DNA of 64,000 nt from Myxococcota bacterium (lineage in GTDB: Bacteria > Myxococcota_A > UBA796 > UBA2385), in NCBI GenBank assembly GCA_044344255.1, contig JBIJDH010000001.1, positions 96,001 through 160,000 on the forward strand, in the 5' to 3' direction. The position numbers were made by a program, and so were the translations under genes. The notes beneath the pieces were generated by a model that searched no databases, was not told the DNA's origin, and worked only from the letters and a program-made list of their open reading frames with translations. This document shows, piece after piece, positions 59,629 to 64,000 of the stretch (positions within the stretch are counted from its first letter, which is position 1; each line of letters opens with the position of its first letter).

Positions 59629-60285
59629 ATGCGGATCCTCGGACTAGACGAAGCGGGGCGGGGCAGCGTCCTCGGGCCCATGGTCATCGGTGCTTTCTCT
59701 TGCCTCGCCGCCGACGAAGCGGCCCTTCAGGCAGCGGGGGCGGCGGACTCGAAGACCTTGAGCGCCAAGGCGCGAGAGCGAATTCGCGAGCGGCTGACCC
59801 CGCTCGGCGTCGCGGCCGCGCATGTGATCCCCGCGACGGCTATCGACGCGGGCAACCTCAACACGATCGAGGAGGAGGTCTTCGCGCTCGCCATCATCGC
59901 CGCAGCGCCGGACGTGGTCTTCATCGACGCCCCCGTGAACCCGCGCGGCATCCCGGCCTTCCAGCGCCGGCTGGTCGCGCGCCTCGGAGATGCCGCCGTC
60001 CCCCGCTTCGTCATCGAGCCGAAGGCCGACCTCAACTACCCTGTCGTGGGCGCGGCCAGCATCTTCGCGAAGGTGGCACGAGACGCCGCCATCACCGCCC
60101 TCTCCGAGGAGCAGCTCGACGCGGGGTGGGGCGCGCTCGGCTCCGGTTACCCCTCCGATCCGACCACCCGTCGTTGGCTCCTCGGCTTCCTCCGACGAGG
60201 AGAGCCCCTCCCGGTGTGTGTGCGCAGCCGCTGGGGCACCATCGATGTGCTCCGCCAAGAGCTGTTGTTTGGGCCGCGCGGGTGA
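59629..60285 (+). CDS. rnhB: Ribonuclease HII
   Basis: [36 protein letters not shown]. Confidence 0.93.
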   Translation: MRILGLDEAGRGSVLGPMVIGAFSCLAADEAALQAAGAADSKTLSAKARERIRERLTPLGVAAAHVIPATAIDAGNLNTIEEEVFALAIIAAAPDVVFIDAPVNPRGIPAFQRRLVARLGDAAVPRFVIEPKADLNYPVVGAASIFAKVARDAAITALSEEQLDAGWGALGSGYPSDPTTRRWLLGFLRRGEPLPVCVRSRWGTIDVLRQELLFGPRG

Positions 60286-60968
60286 TCGGCCTCAGCGTCC
60301 CCCTCTTCAACGAGGAGGCCCTGGTGGACTCCGTGGTCGAGGACATCGTCGAGGTCTTGAGCCGGGAGGGCATCCCCTACCGCATCGCCCTGGTGGACAA
60401 CGGGAGCCTCGACACCACAGGCGCGCGGATCGAGGGCCTGCTGGACCGACACCCGGGGCTGCTGGCCGTGCGCCTGTCCCCCAATCAGGGGTACGGCGGC
60501 GGGATCCTGTCTGGCGTCGAGCGCCTGCTCCAGGAGCCCGCGGTGGAGGTGCTGGGCTGGATCTGGGGGGACGGGCAGGTGTCTCCGGAGGTGCTCCCCG
60601 CCCTGTACGCCGATTGCCAAGCCGGAAGCCCGATGGCCAAGGCGCGCCGGACCGACCGGCAAACTCCCCTTGTCCGCCGCCTGGTCTCGGCGGGCTTCGA
60701 GGCCTTCACCTCCGCCCTCGGCGTACGCTCCGCCGACATCAACGGCTGTCCGAAGCTCTTCCGGCGGGAGGCGCTGGTCGCGCTGGGGCCCCGCTGCCGG
60801 GGCTGGTCGCTGGACGCCGAGGTGATGATCGGCGCCGAGGCGCGGGGCTGGCGCGTCGCCGAGCGGCCGGTCCGGCTCCGCGAGCGGGCAGCGGGGGAGA
60901 GCAAGGTGCGCGTGTCTACAGCGGTTGAGATCGCCCGACACGTCGTCGGCTGGAAGCTGCGCGGCTGA
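60282..60968 (+). CDS. Glycosyltransferase family 2
   Basis: VPLFNEE, VDNGSLDTT, NQGYGGG, GDGQ; GTGA overlap with rnhB. Confidence 0.9.
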   Translation: MIGLSVPLFNEEALVDSVVEDIVEVLSREGIPYRIALVDNGSLDTTGARIEGLLDRHPGLLAVRLSPNQGYGGGILSGVERLLQEPAVEVLGWIWGDGQVSPEVLPALYADCQAGSPMAKARRTDRQTPLVRRLVSAGFEAFTSALGVRSADINGCPKLFRREALVALGPRCRGWSLDAEVMIGAEARGWRVAERPVRLRERAAGESKVRVSTAVEIARHVVGWKLRG

Positions 60969-60989
60969 GGCCGGCGCTCCGCCCGCGGC

Positions 60990-61757
60990 TCACTCACCCG
61001 CCTCAAAGTCAGACCAGGGATCCCCCGCGCTGTCATCGATGTCGTGGAAGGCGGCGGCGATGCCCTCCATGGGCAAGTCCCGATCGACAAAGGCGATGCC
61101 GACGAGGGGATCGGGCCCGTTGCCGAGGGGCGGGCGCCGGGAGCGCTCGTGCCAGCCGGTGATGCCCGCCACGGTGCCCGTGGAGCGCGCGTGGAAGAGG
61201 CGATACGAGAGCACCCGCCCGTCGTCGTCGCGCGTCACGTCGACCACGATGCCCACGTGCACCACCCCGTCGAGCCCTCGCCCTCGGCTGGTGTAGCCGT
61301 AGAACATGGCGGCGCCCGGCACGATCCAGGGGTCAGCGTCTTCGGGGCGCTCCACCCGCGTGAGCAGGCCGCGGTCGTCGTACCAATGCGCGAGGGCGTG
61401 GGAGCTGCGCGCGACGTCCATCGTCGGCGCCTCGATGCCCGAGCAGCGCCGCTCCAGCACGCTGAGAACGCGGTGGAACATGCCCGAGCAGTCGGACTGC
61501 GGCTGGCTGTTGTAGCGCACCCGCTGCTCGCTCAGGAGGCGAGCCGTCTGGCGGACCACGGTGGCCAGCTCGGTTCGCCCCTGATCACAGGGCCCATCCG
61601 CTACGGAGGGCTGCATCGCCGGCTCCGGCACGTCCATCGAGATCAGGTGGTGCAGCGGGGTGGGCGGGCCCACCACGCGCTCCGAGCGGGCGACGTTGCC
61701 GAGCCCGAAGAGGGCGAGCAGCCCTGTCGCCCATCCCAGTCGCGCGAGATGTCTCAT
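60990..61757 (-). CDS. Secreted NlpC/P60-like cysteine hydrolase
   Basis: Signal peptide; DCSG, PGAAMFY, HVGIV, FHA. Confidence 0.72.
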   Translation of the reverse strand: MRHLARLGWATGLLALFGLGNVARSERVVGPPTPLHHLISMDVPEPAMQPSVADGPCDQGRTELATVVRQTARLLSEQRVRYNSQPQSDCSGMFHRVLSVLERRCSGIEAPTMDVARSSHALAHWYDDRGLLTRVERPEDADPWIVPGAAMFYGYTSRGRGLDGVVHVGIVVDVTRDDDGRVLSYRLFHARSTGTVAGITGWHERSRRPPLGNGPDPLVGIAFVDRDLPMEGIAAAFHDIDDSAGDPWSDFEAGE

Positions 61758-61909
61758 CCTGCCTCCGCGGCGAACGTTGACCCCGACCCGATGAACCTAC
61801 TTCGGGCGTGGAACGAACACCAGCGGAATACAGGTGAACTGCGTTCTTTTTTTGGACGTTTGAGGTCAAATGGTCGAAGGACCGCCCTCAAGTGGTCTGC
61901 GCGCCGCGC

Positions 61910-64000
61910 TCAAGCGCCGCGCAGCACCACACCAAGCTGCGACTCCAGCGCGGCGACGACCCCCGCCCGGACGGCCACGGCCTCGTCCATCGTGAGGGTT
62001 CGATCGGGGTGCGACAGCCGAAAACGTAGCCCAATCGCCTTCTTATCGGCGGACATCGGCTCACCCCGATAGACATCGAAGACCGTGAAGCCCCCCGCGG
62101 CGGCCCCGGCCGCCCCTTGGGCGACCCGCACGAGCTCCGAAGCGAGCAGGGTCTCGTCCGCCACGACGGCGACATCGAGCTCGATCGCCGGAAAACGAGG
62201 GAGCCCTTGGACCCGGTGATACCGATGCTCGGCGTCCAGCAGGGCGTCGAGGTCGAGCTCCGCCAGCAGGATCCTACGCTTTCCGAGATCGAAGCCGAGG
62301 GCGACCGCGGGGTGGACGGCGCCCAGGTGCCCGAGCGTGCGGCCGCCGGCGACCAGGCGGGCGCAGAGGCCGGGGTGGAAGGGGGCCTCGTCGGCGGGCT
62401 CGAGCGCGGCGCCGTTGATGTGGAGGTGCTGGCAGAGATCGAGCACGACCCTGGACAGGTCGTAGAAGTCCAGCGCGCGGGGCTCGGGCTCATGGAGGGT
62501 GGGCGGCGCAGAGGCGCCCAGGAGAGCCAGGCTGACCCGCTCCCCCTCACCAGGCAGGCCGGGGTTGACGCCCGGCGCTTCGGGCAGCACGACGACCCCC
62601 ACTTCGAAGATCTGACAGCCCCCTGGAGAGCCCAGGTTGAGGCGCAGGGTCTCGAGCAGGTGAGCCTGCAGGGTGCGCCGCATGACGCTGCGTTCGGCGC
62701 TGATGGGGTTGACGAGCCGAAGGTACGGCGGAGGCGGCACGACGGGCCGCCCGAGCCCCAGCTTCGCCTCGAGGTCGGCGCTGGAGAGGCTGTAGGTGAC
62801 GGTCTCTTGGAGGCCGGCGGCGACGAGGTGGTCGATCACCCGGTCCCGCACGGCCAGCCTGCGGCTCGGCGGGTGGTTGGGCACCGGCTCGGCGGGCATG
62901 GTGGCGGGCATGGCGTCGTAGCCGCCGAGGCGAGCCACCTCCTCGAGGAGGTCACAGGGGAGGAGGAGGTCCTGGCGGGCGGAGGGGACGCGGACCACGA
63001 GGGTGCCGCCTTCCTCCACGATCGCCTCGACATCGACCTTCCCGAGGAGCTCGGTCACCCGCTCCACCGGGAGATCGACCCCGAGGGCGGCGCCGATGTC
63101 CTGGAAGGGGAGGCGGATCTCCCTCCGCACCGGCGGCCGCGGGGACCACAGGCCCGTGCCCACCACGCGCAGCGCCGGGCAGGTCTGACGGAGCAGGGCG
63201 ATGATGCGGCGGAGGCCGATCTCGACGAGGGCCGGATCGACGCCGCGACTGAAGCGGGCCGAGGAGTCCGTGAAGATCTGCGCCGCCGCTTGGGAGCGCC
63301 GGATCGCGATCAGGTCAAAATTGGCGGACTCGAGCAGGACCGAGCGGGTCTCCTCGGTGACCCGGCTCTCCCAGCCGCCCATCACCCCGGCCAGCGCGAC
63401 GGGGCGCCCCGCCGAGGAGATGAAGGGGGCGCCCTTGGCCACGGCCACCGCGGGATCGCCCTCCTCCCGCATCAGCGGCAGGAAGGCCTCGCCGGCCTCG
63501 GCGCCTCGGACGCGGAGCTGCAAGGAGGGAAGCTTGGCGGCGTCGTAGGCGTGGGTCGGCTGTCCGAGCTCGAGCATCGCGTAGTTCGAGGCGTCTACGA
63601 CGTTGTTGATGGGCTGGCTGCCCGCGACCACGAGCCGCTCGCGCAGCCAGCGCGGAGAAGGGCCGACCACCACGCCCTCGAGCAGCACCACGCCGAAGCG
63701 CCCGCAGACCTCCACGTCCTCGGCGCTGGGGTCGAGCGCGGAGGAGCCGACGACGAGAGGCTCGAGGTCGACCTCGAGGCGGGTGGGCCGGTCGAGCAGG
63801 GCGCCGACCTCCCGGGCCACGCCGAGCACCGACTGGCAGCGCGCGATGTTCGGCAAGATACCGATGTGCAGGACCCGATCGGCGATCCGCCCGGCCACAG
63901 GGCCACCGTCGAGGCCGAGCGCCGCGGCGAGGGGCTGGCCGGCCGTCATCGCCCCGTCGAGCAGCAGGATGCCCGAACGGTCCTCGCCGAGGCCGAGCTC
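61910..64000 (-). CDS. pheT: Phenylalanine--tRNA ligase beta subunit (5' end outside window)
   Basis: INNVVD, GQPTHAYD, LAGVMGG, DLLEEVAR, FDVYRG, RTLT. Confidence 0.96.
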   Translation of the reverse strand, partial: ELGLGEDRSGILLLDGAMTAGQPLAAALGLDGGPVAGRIADRVLHIGILPNIARCQSVLGVAREVGALLDRPTRLEVDLEPLVVGSSALDPSAEDVEVCGRFGVVLLEGVVVGPSPRWLRERLVVAGSQPINNVVDASNYAMLELGQPTHAYDAAKLPSLQLRVRGAEAGEAFLPLMREEGDPAVAVAKGAPFISSAGRPVALAGVMGGWESRVTEETRSVLLESANFDLIAIRRSQAAAQIFTDSSARFSRGVDPALVEIGLRRIIALLRQTCPALRVVGTGLWSPRPPVRREIRLPFQDIGAALGVDLPVERVTELLGKVDVEAIVEEGGTLVVRVPSARQDLLLPCDLLEEVARLGGYDAMPATMPAEPVPNHPPSRRLAVRDRVIDHLVAAGLQETVTYSLSSADLEAKLGLGRPVVPPPPYLRLVNPISAERSVMRRTLQAHLLETLRLNLGSPGGCQIFEVGVVVLPEAPGVNPGLPGEGERVSLALLGASAPPTLHEPEPRALDFYDLSRVVLDLCQHLHINGAALEPADEAPFHPGLCARLVAGGRTLGHLGAVHPAVALGFDLGKRRILLAELDLDALLDAEHRYHRVQGLPRFPAIELDVAVVADETLLASELVRVAQGAAGAAAGGFTVFDVYRGEPMSADKKAIGLRFRLSHPDRTLTMDEAVAVRAGVVAALESQLGVVLRGA

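Noticed and set aside
61760..61909. Lower-GC intergenic stretch with a T7 run and the near-palindrome TTTGAGGTCAAA
   Set aside because: Probably the promoter region of the NlpC/P60-like gene; no convincing stem or recognisable RNA family

Overview
High-GC bacterial chromosomal segment, most consistent with a Myxococcota-like (deltaproteobacterial) lineage: MYXO-CTERM-like tail, MopE-type repeats, DUF1552/DUF1592 and DUF1501 pairs, atypical Hsp70, many lipoproteins. About 58 densely packed CDS. Housekeeping genes: nuoA-I (no nuoJ-N), pheT (partial), metG, gatB, dnaJ, suhB, moaB, deoxynucleoside kinase, rnhB. These are interleaved with many uncharacterised envelope genes. No tRNA, rRNA, CRISPR array or mobile element was recognised. 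Main observations: (1) A lipid-anchored BCP/PrxQ peroxiredoxin whose peroxidatic Cys codon is an in-frame TGA, followed by an fdhF-like SECIS hairpin (probable selenoprotein; the ORF track splits it in two). (2) A 33-aa lipopeptide gene missed by the ORF track, with its own promoter, multi-hairpin leader and terminator, divergent from an O-antigen-ligase/OTase-like gene. (3) A tightly coupled six-gene heme-c/DUF1501/PA14 lipoprotein operon. (4) A Cys-to-Gly pseudo-caspase, an N-lobe-less pseudokinase, a lidless Hsp70 with its own J-protein, and an archaeal-type RNase HII. Family calls come from motif recognition by eye; no database searches were run.
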